From: a bacterium
GTDB taxonomy: Bacteria; UBA8248
Length of the DNA stretch: 64,000 nt
Reading direction: 5' to 3'
Assembly (NCBI GenBank): GCA_965200245.1
Contig: CBDATS010000004.1
Span: 992,001-1,056,000, forward strand
The notes beneath the pieces are model-generated. The model had not been told where the DNA came from, searched no databases, and saw only the letters and a program-made list of their open reading frames with translations. The position numbers were made by a program, and so were the translations under genes. This document shows positions 32,201-41,283 of this stretch, one piece after another (position 1 is the stretch's first letter; each line of letters starts with the position of its first letter).

Positions 32201-32428
32201 GGGCTGGGCTCGGCCGTCCTCGGTGGATTGGCCATGTCCACGATCTTCACCCTGCTGCTCATACCGGTCGTCTTCTCGCTGTGGGTGGATTTGCTCGCGT
32301 TCATCAGGCCCGCGAGCTTCGCTGCAGGAACGACGGCTCCTTCACCGAGCGGCGCAAGTGGCGCGCCGTCCGAGCGGGTGCGGTCCCGCAAGGCCGTCAA
32401 CCTCATCGAACAAAAGGAAGAAGACTAG
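29228..32428 (+). CDS. RND efflux inner-membrane permease (AcrB family)
   Basis: 1066 aa. GMVVDNSVVVLENI, ASTLTT, GIVVNNAILL, RMRPIFMTT. Confidence 0.95.
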   Translation: MNLPRASVRYPVTTTVGVILAVLFGVIGLYWIPVQMTPTIDRPVITVETEYRGAAPLEVEEEVTKPIEEKLTSVEGLNRMTSRSEEGKSRVLLEFDWDVNKDVARLDASEKLGLVRNLPDDSERSTINALNSDSENPIAWMVVDTKLPINEVRIEAENVIRPKLERVTGVGQVWMFGGQEREVRVTLDYAAMSARGITVSALREALQRENKNTKAGKIDEGKRSYAVRTVGNFTRLDQLRNTIIAQNASGAVYLRDVAKVSFDYSDLERRIRVRRVPTLAFGTFRKTGANTIEVMAGVKKAIAEINEIYKGRGIKLRQVYDETVYIDQSRSLVINNIFVGGALAIGVLLLFLGSLSSVMVIGVAIPVTVVSTFIFIFVLGRSINIISLAGMAFAVGMVVDNSVVVLENIFRHREMGKSKWDAAVDGAHEVWGAVLASTLTTLAVFIPVVFVQDESGQLFRDIAIAISVAVALSLVVSISVVPMLSSRILGASGRRSPVDRFFSMLGAYALGKLSRRIYVATLGWLLGGVVRRVFVAALITAGAIGVAVLSFPPIDYLPKGNRNLLFVIMRTPAGLNLEEVDKIVRTLEAKLERTEEVDRFFAVVRSQNPIVGIIAKEEYSDLVSMRRLVRKLFRNLQGTPGVRTFVTQAPLFRRRGSGFIGGINLMVDITGDSLSEIQRIAADVGARARGLRGVRFVNSSFDLGNPELQVHVDRQRASDFGLSVSELGSVVETLVNGTKAGIFRDRGEELDIILRGPVSDFTQTQRIEELKLHTPEGQVVSLGDIARVQAALGPTKVEHIDRDRSVTLTVNIGSELPLQVAIDRMKKEIIEPMRQTLPLGYSLNVSGRAKDLERTWASLKWSLLLAILITYLLMAALFEAWSYPFIIMFSVPFAATGGVLMVSLMNAIEPSVKMDTLTMLGFIILTGIVVNNAILLVHQALNHFRAGLPMREAILESARDRMRPIFMTTTTTVLGMLPLVASSGSGSELYRGLGSAVLGGLAMSTIFTLLLIPVVFSLWVDLLAFIRPASFAAGTTAPSPSGASGAPSERVRSRKAVNLIEQKEED

Positions 32429-33222
32429 CCTCCCGCTTCGGCCAGGAACGCATCCACTGCCGCGTTCCACTCCATATGGGAACGGCGGTAGCTGTAGTGG
32501 CCTCCCTCTTCCAGAATCAAGAGCCTGGAACCCGCTATCGCCTGTTGCAAGTCCTGGGCGAAATAGGGCGGGGTCAGGGCGTCGTCTTTCGCGGCGATGA
32601 TAAGCGAGGGCTTATCTATTTTTTGAATCTCGGATGTCCTGTCGTGGCTCAGCGTCATGTCCAGACGCGCGGTGATGACCTCCACGGGCGCAATCGTGTC
32701 TTTCTGGCGCGCTTCCAGATCGAGCAGGTTCTCGTACATGTTCCTGAACTGTGTCCAGCCACACGTCCAAAGTGAACTGAACTTGATATATTCCTCCAGA
32801 CCATAGGCCTCGGCGATCTGCTTGCGCGAGGCCTGAAGTCGCGTCATGTAGGGATCCGCTGTCGTCCAGGTGTTGGTGAATACACAGCAGCCGATTCGCT
32901 CGGGATAATCGAGCGCCAGGTTTTGCAGTATGCAGCCTCCCGTCGACGTGCCCGCCACGTGGGCCCTTTCGATTCCCAGTGTATCGAGGAGTGCGACCGC
33001 ATCCTGCGCGATGAAGTCCGTGGAGTAGGCGTCCCTGGGCTTGTCGCTCTCGCCCGTACCCCTGTGGTCGAAGGTGATGCAGCGGAAGCGATCCGAGAAA
33101 TGGGGCATCTGAAAATCCCAGGCGTCGAGAAGCCCCATGAGGCCGGGGATGAAAAGAAACGCATCTCCCTCTCCCCGTTCCGCGTAATTGAGCTGTATCT
33201 CACCTGCTTGAATACGTGGCAT
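32425..33222 (-). CDS. Alpha/beta fold hydrolase (RutD/enol-lactonase-like)
   Basis: FDHRGTGES, GTSTGG nucleophile elbow, DDALTP, GGH. Confidence 0.85.
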   Translation of the reverse strand: MPRIQAGEIQLNYAERGEGDAFLFIPGLMGLLDAWDFQMPHFSDRFRCITFDHRGTGESDKPRDAYSTDFIAQDAVALLDTLGIERAHVAGTSTGGCILQNLALDYPERIGCCVFTNTWTTADPYMTRLQASRKQIAEAYGLEEYIKFSSLWTCGWTQFRNMYENLLDLEARQKDTIAPVEVITARLDMTLSHDRTSEIQKIDKPSLIIAAKDDALTPPYFAQDLQQAIAGSRLLILEEGGHYSYRRSHMEWNAAVDAFLAEAGG

Positions 33223-33240
33223 GGTTTCTCCCTTTCATGG

Positions 33241-34254
33241 TTATTCGTTCTCGTCTTCGAGAATTTCGGACACTTCCACCCGGCGTCCCTCGCGCGCGGA
33301 GCGCACGCCCGCGCGGATGACGGCGAGAGAAGATGTAGCGGCATCGCCACCTATCTCGGGCGGTGCGCCTCCACGAACGGCGTCCGCGAATTCCTCGAGT
33401 TCTTCCTTGATGGTATCGTTCTTGTCACAGGCCACCGCCTGGGGGGCCTCCTCTCCACGGTAGAGGATGCGCAGGCCGTCGAAGAGCGTATAGTAGGCCG
33501 TGGCCGTCTTCCCGTAGATGTTCATGAGGTAGTACTCTGACGCCGAGGCGTAGCTCGCCGTGAGGTTCGAGATGGCGCCCGATTCGTGCTCGAGAATCAG
33601 GTTCGCCACGTCGGGGTTATCGCCGGGCAGGACAAGTTGGGCCGTGTGACCCGATACGGCGACGATGGGCCCCATGAGGTAGGTCAGCACGTCGGTGTAG
33701 TGAATACCTATCTGGAGCATGACGCCGCCCGGCATGGCGTCCGCCTGATAGCGCCAATGGCCAAGTTCGAACTGGCCTTCCCTATCCCTGCTGATATTGC
33801 ACTCCGCCTGTACGAGCCTGCCAAATTCGCCCGCATCGATCCTCTCCCTAATCCAGCGGAAATGGTTCTCTCGCCGCCTCTGGTAACCGATGGCGAGTAT
33901 CACACCGCTCTCGGCACATACATGGGTCAGGGCCTTGCCGTCGGCGACAGTATGGGCGATGGGTTTATCGAGAAAAACGTGCTTGCCCACCTGCGCCGCC
34001 GCTTCTGTGGTTTCGCGGTGAACATGGTTGGGCGTGGTGTTGATGATGGCCTCTATGGAATCATCCGCCAGAATCTCCTCGTAACTTCCCGCCGTCTCGC
34101 AACCATATTTTTTGGCGAACGCCTCGCGCTTGTCTTCAGAGCGCGTGAAGCAGGCGACAATCTCGATTTTGCCCGTTCTGTCGATGGCGTCGGCCAGAAC
34201 GTCCGACCACCAGCCCATGCCCAGCGAAGCCACCCGTAGGGGTTTTGAACTCAT
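33241..34254 (-). CDS. Gfo/Idh/MocA family oxidoreductase
   Basis: LGMGWW, TTPNHVH, GKHVFLDKP, GYQRR, GGVMLQIGIH. Start trimmed to MSSKPLRV. Confidence 0.92.
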   Translation of the reverse strand: MSSKPLRVASLGMGWWSDVLADAIDRTGKIEIVACFTRSEDKREAFAKKYGCETAGSYEEILADDSIEAIINTTPNHVHRETTEAAAQVGKHVFLDKPIAHTVADGKALTHVCAESGVILAIGYQRRRENHFRWIRERIDAGEFGRLVQAECNISRDREGQFELGHWRYQADAMPGGVMLQIGIHYTDVLTYLMGPIVAVSGHTAQLVLPGDNPDVANLILEHESGAISNLTASYASASEYYLMNIYGKTATAYYTLFDGLRILYRGEEAPQAVACDKNDTIKEELEEFADAVRGGAPPEIGGDAATSSLAVIRAGVRSAREGRRVEVSEILEDENE

Positions 34255-34366
34255 TTTTTCCGTGACTCCCTCGTGTTGTGTCGATACCTGAAATGAAAAG
34301 AAGTTTTGTGCGGAATATCGCGAGAGTACGGCACGTCGCAGGACGTTCCGCTTCACGCCGCCGAGT

Positions 34367-34804
34367 CTAAAAAGAAGCGCCCACCGCTTCTACGGCCACG
34401 CGCGCGATGGCCTCGTCCTGTTCCCAGTCGCCGCCGCTTACGCCGATACCTCCCAGACACTCACCCTCGTAGAGGATCGGGAAGCCGCCCTCCATCGCTG
34501 TCCATCGCTCGGGACCTGCGGCGAGGGCCAGTCCCAGCGCATGTGCAGTGTCCAGATGCTGCGCCTGCGCGCCCTGCGTGGTGGTGGGCCGCTTGTTCGA
34601 TGCCGAGCAAACCGCCTTGGTGGTGGACGAATGAACGGTATGGAAACGCCCACCGTCCATACGCTCGAGCAGTACGAGGTGTCCACCCGCGTCGGCGATG
34701 GCCACGGTGACGGGGATGCCGAACTCCTCCGCTTTGGCGATGGCGGCGGCCATCATCAACTTGGCCCCCTTGGTGGTGAGTCGATGGGTACGGGCGAATG
34801 GCAT
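34367..34804 (-). CDS. GlcG/HbpS-like heme-binding protein
   Basis: VTVAIADAGGHL...ERMDG, KA, GGFPI, GGIGVSGG...QD. Confidence 0.85.
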   Translation of the reverse strand: MPFARTHRLTTKGAKLMMAAAIAKAEEFGIPVTVAIADAGGHLVLLERMDGGRFHTVHSSTTKAVCSASNKRPTTTQGAQAQHLDTAHALGLALAAGPERWTAMEGGFPILYEGECLGGIGVSGGDWEQDEAIARVAVEAVGASF

Positions 34805-34970
34805 GGATAATTCTCCTTCGATTTTCCGAAAAGCGGTCGAATTTTCCTTCTTGTAGCAATTCATCCGCCATTTGTCGATGATTCCAGTCCAGTGCATGCT
34901 CGGCCTTGCGATGGAGCAAAGCCTCCTCCATCATGTGTGCACTCACCGGCCCGGAAAAAGGAAAGCGAGG

Positions 34971-35744
34971 GTGTCCGAAGTCGTTTCGTTCATCGAACAA
35001 ACTGCCTGCAAGGCGCGCGCGCACGCGGTGGAGATGTTCGGCAAGGTAGAAGCGGAACCCAAGGGGCGCAGCATCGTCTCGCGCGCCGACCGGGAGGTCG
35101 AGCGCATCATCATCGCGGAGATTCGCGCGGCCTATCCAGGCGACCCCATACTCGCCGAGGAAAGCGGTGCGAGCGGCATAGAAGAGATTGGCCCCGATTC
35201 ACGCTGGTGGGCGATAGATCCCATCGACGGTACGGGCCCCTACCTGAAAGGCCTCCCTTTCTGGGCGGTTTCGATTGCGTGTCTCAGGGGTTCGCGCGTC
35301 GAGGCGGGCGTCGTTCAAATACCCGCGTTGGGGCAGTCCTTCACTGCCGGTGTCTCGGGACCTGCGACGAGAAACGGCACGCCGCTGGCACGAGTCCGTC
35401 AAGAGGTTCCTGGCGAGCACGATTATATCTTCCTCCCGTGCGGAGAGGTGGAGGGTCTCTCGCATCGCTATCCGGGACGTTTCCTGGCCCTGGCCTCGGC
35501 CGCCTGTCACGTCTGCCTCGCGGCAGCGGGTTCGGCATTTGGCGTCATGATGGAGCCAATACGCGCGTATGACTTCGCCGCCGCCGCTCTCATCTACGAG
35601 CATGCAGGGGGAGCGGTGCGCTATCTATCCGGATCGGAAATCGACTACGCCGCGCTCGCTGATGGACGCCGGACGCCCGAACCCGTCCTCGCCGCACCTG
35701 CGGCGCAAATCGACTGGTTGAGAGAGAGGGTTTTCTGGAACTAG
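34971..35744 (+). CDS. Inositol monophosphatase family protein
   Basis: VSRADREVE, LAEES, WAIDPIDGT, YDFAAAALIYEHAGG. Confidence 0.88.
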   Translation: MSEVVSFIEQTACKARAHAVEMFGKVEAEPKGRSIVSRADREVERIIIAEIRAAYPGDPILAEESGASGIEEIGPDSRWWAIDPIDGTGPYLKGLPFWAVSIACLRGSRVEAGVVQIPALGQSFTAGVSGPATRNGTPLARVRQEVPGEHDYIFLPCGEVEGLSHRYPGRFLALASAACHVCLAAAGSAFGVMMEPIRAYDFAAAALIYEHAGGAVRYLSGSEIDYAALADGRRTPEPVLAAPAAQIDWLRERVFWN

Positions 35745-35757
35745 TTCCGGCGCGCGC

Positions 35758-36561
35758 TTACATCCACATACCCGCACGCTGCATCATCTGGTCGAGCTGG
35801 AAGTTCACCCGGTCCGCGCACTCAAGTGGTGTCGTGTGACCCGCACCCTCGACCAGTTCTATGACCGAATCGCTCAGCCCCTCGTGCAGCGCAACCATCT
35901 GCGCCGGAGGTACCAGCATGTCGCCCGTGCCGCCGAACACCACGCAGGGGACGGCGATTTCGCCCAGACGCGGCGTCAGTTCCTCGCGCGTTCTGAGCGC
36001 GTCGATGAGCAAGGCGATGGAATCCGGAACCTGGGAGAGCACGACCTTTTGCGTGGCCTCGATTTCGAGCGGATGGGCGTCGATGTAGGCGGGCGCGAAG
36101 AGGCTTCCAATGAAATGTTCCGCGAAGCCCGCCATTCCCTCGTCGATGACGGTCTGCATGTGCTGCAGTCGCACTTTTTTTCCCTCTTCGGAATCCGCCG
36201 TCGCACGAGTGCTGATGAACCCGCACGCACGTACCATGAGCGGATGTCGAAGCGCCATCTGGAGAAGCACATAACCGCCCAGCGAAAACCCGGCCACGGC
36301 AGCAGCGGTGATATCCAGTGCGCCCAAGAAACCCGCCATGTCGTCGGCCATCATCGAGACCGTGATGGGGCCGCCTGAATGCGGCGTTCGCCCCATTCCG
36401 CGCATGTCGGGACACAAAACGCGATAGCTGCCCTGGAGGGCTTCGACCTGCGGCGCCCAGATGGTGTGGTCCAGCGAAAAGCCGTGCAGGAGCAGTAGCG
36501 GCGGCCCGCTGCCCGATTCCTGATAGGCGATGTCGATTCCGTTTGCGGATACGGTTTTCAT
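35758..36561 (-). CDS. Alpha/beta fold hydrolase (3-oxoadipate enol-lactonase-like)
   Basis: LLLHGFSLD, PDMRGMG, GFSLGG, GAGH. Confidence 0.88.
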   Translation of the reverse strand: MKTVSANGIDIAYQESGSGPPLLLLHGFSLDHTIWAPQVEALQGSYRVLCPDMRGMGRTPHSGGPITVSMMADDMAGFLGALDITAAAVAGFSLGGYVLLQMALRHPLMVRACGFISTRATADSEEGKKVRLQHMQTVIDEGMAGFAEHFIGSLFAPAYIDAHPLEIEATQKVVLSQVPDSIALLIDALRTREELTPRLGEIAVPCVVFGGTGDMLVPPAQMVALHEGLSDSVIELVEGAGHTTPLECADRVNFQLDQMMQRAGMWM

Positions 36562-36727
36562 GGTGCGCTCCCATCAAGGCCTGAACCGGCTTGCAAGCAC
36601 CGAATTATCGTTTGAGTCGCCGATTCTAGCACACGAGAGCGCGCGCCGGAACGCGAGAAGGAATCGAGGTGTAAAATCGCTTCGCTCAAGCCTGTTTGCT
36701 CATAGCCACGCCCGCCCAACAATTTTT

Positions 36728-36850
36728 TGACTTGCCTTGCGCGGCAATCGAAAACGCCTTCTCGCTCGATCCCGCCGCGGCAATCGCCCGTGCGCAAGGG
36801 TACACCTGGGCCGAATCCGCTCGGCAGTTCGCGAGTTCGCTCACTCTCAT
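36728..36850 (+). pseudogene. C-terminal fragment of a GT4-type glycosyltransferase
   Basis: AIENAFSLDPAAAIARAQGYTWAESARQF resembles the GT4 terminal helices (A..a..(F/Y)(S/T)W...a..F). No upstream GT sequence visible. Confidence 0.45.
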
Positions 36851-37161
36851 CGCGCCCGAGACCTTAACGCCCCCCTCCCGAACAGAGCACGGCTCCGAAC
36901 CACTCCGGGCGGTGCGTCGCTGGATGGAAAAGCGAGACAGCAAAGCTGATCCAAGGCAGATTTTCAATCTGCAAGCCGCCATTCAGGTGCTTTTGCGAAG
37001 TATTTTCCGATTGTGTGAGGTCGAGTAGTTATTGTTTGCTTCCTCGAACTCGACTGCTCCGTTCTTCCGCGTGACGATAAATTCATCCGGCAATTGTTCC
37101 AAGGCTTTCTGATCCATAACCTCTTCAGACTGAAATGTTTTTGCCCCCTTCAATTACTTCC

Positions 37162-38400
37162 TTACTCTTCCCACTCCACTACAGGCAGCGACATGAGAGA
37201 GAATTCGCCAAGCGCGAGTTCGATTTCCTCGCGCACCCAGGCGTCCCTTTCGACTTCGCGTCTGGCTTCCAAAGCCAGACGCGCGCGCTCCTCACGCAGG
37301 CGTTTGCCGACTCGGGCAAGCGCCCAGGCGGCGTGGCCGCGGGCGAGGGATTCACGGTGATACAACGCTCTGGTTAGCGGCGCCACGCTCTCCGCCCCCC
37401 CCGTATTGCCGATGGCCACAATGACGTTTCTCAGGAATCCGCCGTAGCGCGCGCGCATGACGGGTGTGCCGCGAAACGCCTTTTGGAACTGCTGTTCGTT
37501 CATTGCGGCGAATTCATGGAGTCCGGGATCCAGCGCCGCCGGACGGGGAGCGAACCTTGGCTCGCACGCATGGGGAACGTCGTCGTTCCAGGGGCAGACC
37601 TCCTGGCAGATATCGCACCCGAATATGTGCGCGCCCATGAGAGCACGGAGTTCTCTGGGAATCGGACCTCTGAGTTCGATGGTGAGATAGGAGATGCAGC
37701 GACGCGCGTCCACCACACCGGGTGCCACGATGGCGTCCGTAGGGCAATCGTCCATGCAGCGTGTGCACGTGCCGCAATGTTCCTCATAAAAGGGTTCGTC
37801 CAATTCCAGCGCGCGATTCAGGAGAAGACATCCCAGGAAGAAATAGCTGCCTAGCCGACGCGAAAGGAGCAGCGAGTTTTTTCCTTTCCAGCCAAGGCCT
37901 GCCAAGACAGCCAGGTCACGCTCGAGCAGAGGACCGGTGTCCACGTAGCTTCTGCCCTCGATTCCGGGATCGATTTCCTTCAGATCGCGCAGGACACGGA
38001 CGAGCCTTTTCTTCATGAACTTGTGATAATCCCCACCGTGGGCATAGCGCGCGATTTTTCCCTGCCCTTCCATGTGGCGCGTTTCGATCTCGGGCTTGTA
38101 GCGCATGGCGACCACGAGCACGGCGCGCGTCTCCGGCCAGAGCCGGCGCAAGTCGCCGCGCACGTAGGGATTTCTCGCGAGATAGCTCATCTCGCCCGCA
38201 TAGCCGCGCTCGATCCACTCCATATATCGCCCGTGCGCCTCGCCCAAGCCGGGAGGCGCGACAGCGGCGAGATCGAAACCATGTTTCAGGGCAGATTCCT
38301 TGACCATGCCCGTAAATCCTGGAAGGCTCTTGCAGCCTGCACTTGAGTTTGCGGAATCTACGCCCCTGTTTTCGGGATGCGGATTCGGGCAGTCGGCCAT
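37162..38400 (-). CDS. queG: Epoxyqueuosine reductase
   Basis: IARYAHGGDYH, VDTGPLLER, GWKGKN, CGTCTRCMDDCPT, RCISYLTIE, FGCDICQEVCPWN, HEAT-like tail. Confidence 0.95.
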   Translation of the reverse strand: MADCPNPHPENRGVDSANSSAGCKSLPGFTGMVKESALKHGFDLAAVAPPGLGEAHGRYMEWIERGYAGEMSYLARNPYVRGDLRRLWPETRAVLVVAMRYKPEIETRHMEGQGKIARYAHGGDYHKFMKKRLVRVLRDLKEIDPGIEGRSYVDTGPLLERDLAVLAGLGWKGKNSLLLSRRLGSYFFLGCLLLNRALELDEPFYEEHCGTCTRCMDDCPTDAIVAPGVVDARRCISYLTIELRGPIPRELRALMGAHIFGCDICQEVCPWNDDVPHACEPRFAPRPAALDPGLHEFAAMNEQQFQKAFRGTPVMRARYGGFLRNVIVAIGNTGGAESVAPLTRALYHRESLARGHAAWALARVGKRLREERARLALEARREVERDAWVREEIELALGEFSLMSLPVVEWEE

Positions 38401-38577
38401 GTCTACTCCAAGCGATCGATAAGTATCTCGTGTAATACCAATCTTGGGTGGTGAGCGGTTCTCTTGTCAACAATTGCCGGGATAAGAGATTTTTTGTTAC
38501 CCATGCAGAAGATTTGGTGATATGTATTGATTCGCGTTGTTTCAAGTATCTGATCACCCTCAAAAGGTAAGCCTCCG

Positions 38578-39285
38578 TTGAACGGCAAGGGGAAAATTCT
38601 GGGAGTGACGGCGCTCTGCCTTCTGGCGACGGCCCTGCTCCTTCATTTTTTCTGGAGCGAGTTTCTTGCCACCTTTGGGAATCTGTTGAAGTTCCACCAT
38701 CAGAAAGAGGAGTTCAGGAACTGGATTCACTCCTTCGGTCCCTGGGGGCCAGTCGTGTTCATTGGTGTGCAGGTATTCCAGGTGATCTTATCACCCATAC
38801 CAGGCGAGTTGACGGGCTTTCTGGGCGGCTACGTCTACGGCGCGCTCACAGCGACGATCTTCAGCACCATCGGCCTGACGATTGGCAGTTTTCTCGCGTT
38901 CTATATCGGGCGGAGGCTGGGGCGTCCCTTCGTGGAGAAGCTCATACCACCCAAGGTGCTCGACAAGTTCGATTTCCTCATCACGAACAAAGGCGCCTTT
39001 CTCGCCTTCATCTTCTTCTCGATTCCCGGCTTTCCCAAGGACTACATGTGCTATCTGCTGGGTCTGAGTCCACTCAGGACGCCGACGTTCGTGCTCATCT
39101 CGTGCCTGGGGAGAATCCCCGGCACCATCATGCTGGGCATCCAGGGAGCCGGGACGTACGAAGAGCAATACGGCATGGTGGTCGCACTTCTGATAGTCAC
39201 CGTCGTGGCCGGGGCAACGGCGGTCTATTTCCAGGAACCCTTGACGCTCTGGCTCAAGGAAAAGACCAGCCGGAGGGAATCATAG
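38578..39285 (+). CDS. TVP38/TMEM64 (VTT/DedA-related) membrane protein
   Basis: FGPWGPVVFI, QVILSPIPGE, IPGFPKDYMCYLLGL, GRIPG. Confidence 0.85.
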   Translation: MNGKGKILGVTALCLLATALLLHFFWSEFLATFGNLLKFHHQKEEFRNWIHSFGPWGPVVFIGVQVFQVILSPIPGELTGFLGGYVYGALTATIFSTIGLTIGSFLAFYIGRRLGRPFVEKLIPPKVLDKFDFLITNKGAFLAFIFFSIPGFPKDYMCYLLGLSPLRTPTFVLISCLGRIPGTIMLGIQGAGTYEEQYGMVVALLIVTVVAGATAVYFQEPLTLWLKEKTSRRES

Positions 39286-39356
39286 GGTCAGGCACGCTTC
39301 ATCTCATTCCGGCTGCATGTTTTCGGCTTGTCGACAATCCCTGCCAGCATGACAAA

Positions 39357-40241
39357 TCAGGATACTCCCAGATACAGCAGAAGCAGGGGCGTAGTGATGA
39401 GACTCAATGCCGTACTCGTGAAAACGATAGAGGCGGCGAGCGAGCCTTCATCGCTATAGCGTTCGGCGAAGACGTAGTTCAGCACGGCGGGCGGGCTGCA
39501 TGACATCAGGAAGAGCGCCGCGCGGAACGCGCCCGTGAGCGCGAAGGCTGTAGAGAGCACCCAGGCCAGCGTGAACCCGAGTCCGAACCGTAGCGCCGCC
39601 ACGAAGAGGCTTATTTTGAAATCTGACGCCCGGATGGAACGAAGCCTGTAGCCCAGCGTGAAGAGTTCCACCGGAAACATCCCGCGCCCGGTCAGGTGCG
39701 AGAAACGCATGATGAATCGGGGCACGGGAATCACCGCCATCGCCACGACGATACCCGCAATCGCCGAATAGAGGGCGGGCATCTTGAGCGGCTCCTTCAC
39801 GTCGGCGCTCCCGCCGTAGGCCATGATCCCCAGCGTGAAGCTGATGAACACGTTCGGTATGGAGAGCAGCACCATATGGGCGAGACCCTCCTCGCCGAAA
39901 GCGAGAAGTGCCAGTGGGTAGGGCAGCGAGACGGAATTCATGAGCATCACGCTGGGTACGAAGGAACGGTTCGTGATGCCCGTCGCGCGCTTGATGGCGT
40001 AGGCGATGGCACCGGGGATGATCTGGATGAGCGTGGAGAATATGCCCGCCTTGAGCAGTTCATCCCACACGATGTGCTGACGCGCGAGGGCGTCGAACAT
40101 CACGGCAGGGGCGAGCAGAAAAAGGACGAGTTCGGCCAGTACCTTGGGGTCGAGTTTTTTCCATCGCCCGTAGAAATAGCCGATACCGATCAGGGCCATG
40201 ACCGGAAAAACGATGTTCAAAAGCGACGTAACGGTGGACAT
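39357..40241 (-). CDS. AEC-family (auxin efflux carrier-like) transporter
   Basis: About 10 TM helices. VFPVMALIGIGY, MNSVSLPYPL...FGEEG, PPAVLNYVFAERY. Start trimmed to MSTVTSLL. Confidence 0.85.
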   Translation of the reverse strand: MSTVTSLLNIVFPVMALIGIGYFYGRWKKLDPKVLAELVLFLLAPAVMFDALARQHIVWDELLKAGIFSTLIQIIPGAIAYAIKRATGITNRSFVPSVMLMNSVSLPYPLALLAFGEEGLAHMVLLSIPNVFISFTLGIMAYGGSADVKEPLKMPALYSAIAGIVVAMAVIPVPRFIMRFSHLTGRGMFPVELFTLGYRLRSIRASDFKISLFVAALRFGLGFTLAWVLSTAFALTGAFRAALFLMSCSPPAVLNYVFAERYSDEGSLAASIVFTSTALSLITTPLLLLYLGVS

Positions 40242-40445
40242 GCGCTTCTCGAGAATCCTCTTCGTTCCGCGAAAGAGGCAGAGTATACATAGCGTTCTTC
40301 CGGGTGACCACCCCAAAGGGGCGGCTGTTCCGCCACACGGGACGCACCGCCCGCACCCTGGTGAATTTGCACGCGGGCGCGAGGACGCGGTAGCCTGCGG
40401 GCGGTTTTCCGTATGCGTTTCCAAAAATATCCGAAGGAGCGAAAA

Positions 40446-40883
40446 ATGCCGAAAGTGGACCATCTGGGCTACGCCGTGAGCAATCTCGACAAGAAGAAGA
40501 ACGTGATGGAGGACTTGCTGGGTTTTCGGTATCTGGAGAGAAGGGTGTATGAGCGTCCGGGCAACACCGCGCGGCTCGATTTCTACGAGGGCGAAGGGGC
40601 CGTGATGGAACTCGTGGAGATGAGCAATCCCGAGGCACCGCTCAACCGGTTCATCGCCGAGCGTGGCGAGGGACTGCACCACATCTGTTTCGTCGTCGAG
40701 GATTTGCGAGCCACGATGGCCGAATGGGAAGCCAAAGGGGTCGAATTCGTTCTCGCTCCCACGTATGGCTCGCGCGGCGGTGTCATCACCTTTACGAATG
40801 CGGCCACGACTGGCGGCCTCGCGATAGAACTGGTGCAGTACGTTCCGGAGGGTGAGGAGATTCCCGACTGGGCCCAGAAGTAG
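40446..40883 (+). CDS. VOC family protein, methylmalonyl-CoA epimerase-like
   Basis: VDHLGYAV, MELVE, RGEGLHHICFVVED, GGLAIELVQ. AAGGAG RBS. Confidence 0.8.
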   Translation: MPKVDHLGYAVSNLDKKKNVMEDLLGFRYLERRVYERPGNTARLDFYEGEGAVMELVEMSNPEAPLNRFIAERGEGLHHICFVVEDLRATMAEWEAKGVEFVLAPTYGSRGGVITFTNAATTGGLAIELVQYVPEGEEIPDWAQK

Positions 40884-41283
40884 CGCTGCGTGTCCGGCTT
40901 ACGTGCGGGGTCACAGGCAAGCCTCGGCCGTCAATCGAAAGTTAGTGAATGGAACTGAGCGAGTCAGAAGTGTCTTCGTGTTCGGCGCATCAGGGAATGG
41001 CGATGAAATTACCGATAAAAATCGCTGCCCAAACCATGAATTCCAGCCTGGTAACTCCGGTTCAATTCCCCACTTGCTACCCGGCATACAATTCACTTGT
41101 GGCCGGTTTTACGGGCTACCCGCCGAAGGCCAAGGAAAACCTCGTTGATGTGATGCTGTTGTTCATCGAATCCTTTTTCGAGCGCGACGTGCTGGATTCC
41201 GTTCCCAAAGATTGCGGACTTGCCCCTTTAACTTCCGCCATATCCTGAGTAACGACCAGATTCTTTGTCTCCCGACGGCCCGC

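Noticed and set aside
41043-41080. tRNA-like words CAGCCTGGTA and GGTTCAATTCC
   Set aside because: Only about 5 nt separate the D-like and T-like motifs. There is no anticodon arm or acceptor stem, and the T-stem does not pair.
40884-41283. ORF 40949..41248 and other short frames in this gap
   Set aside because: No RBS, no recognisable motif and atypical composition. It may be eroded sequence but no call is supportable.
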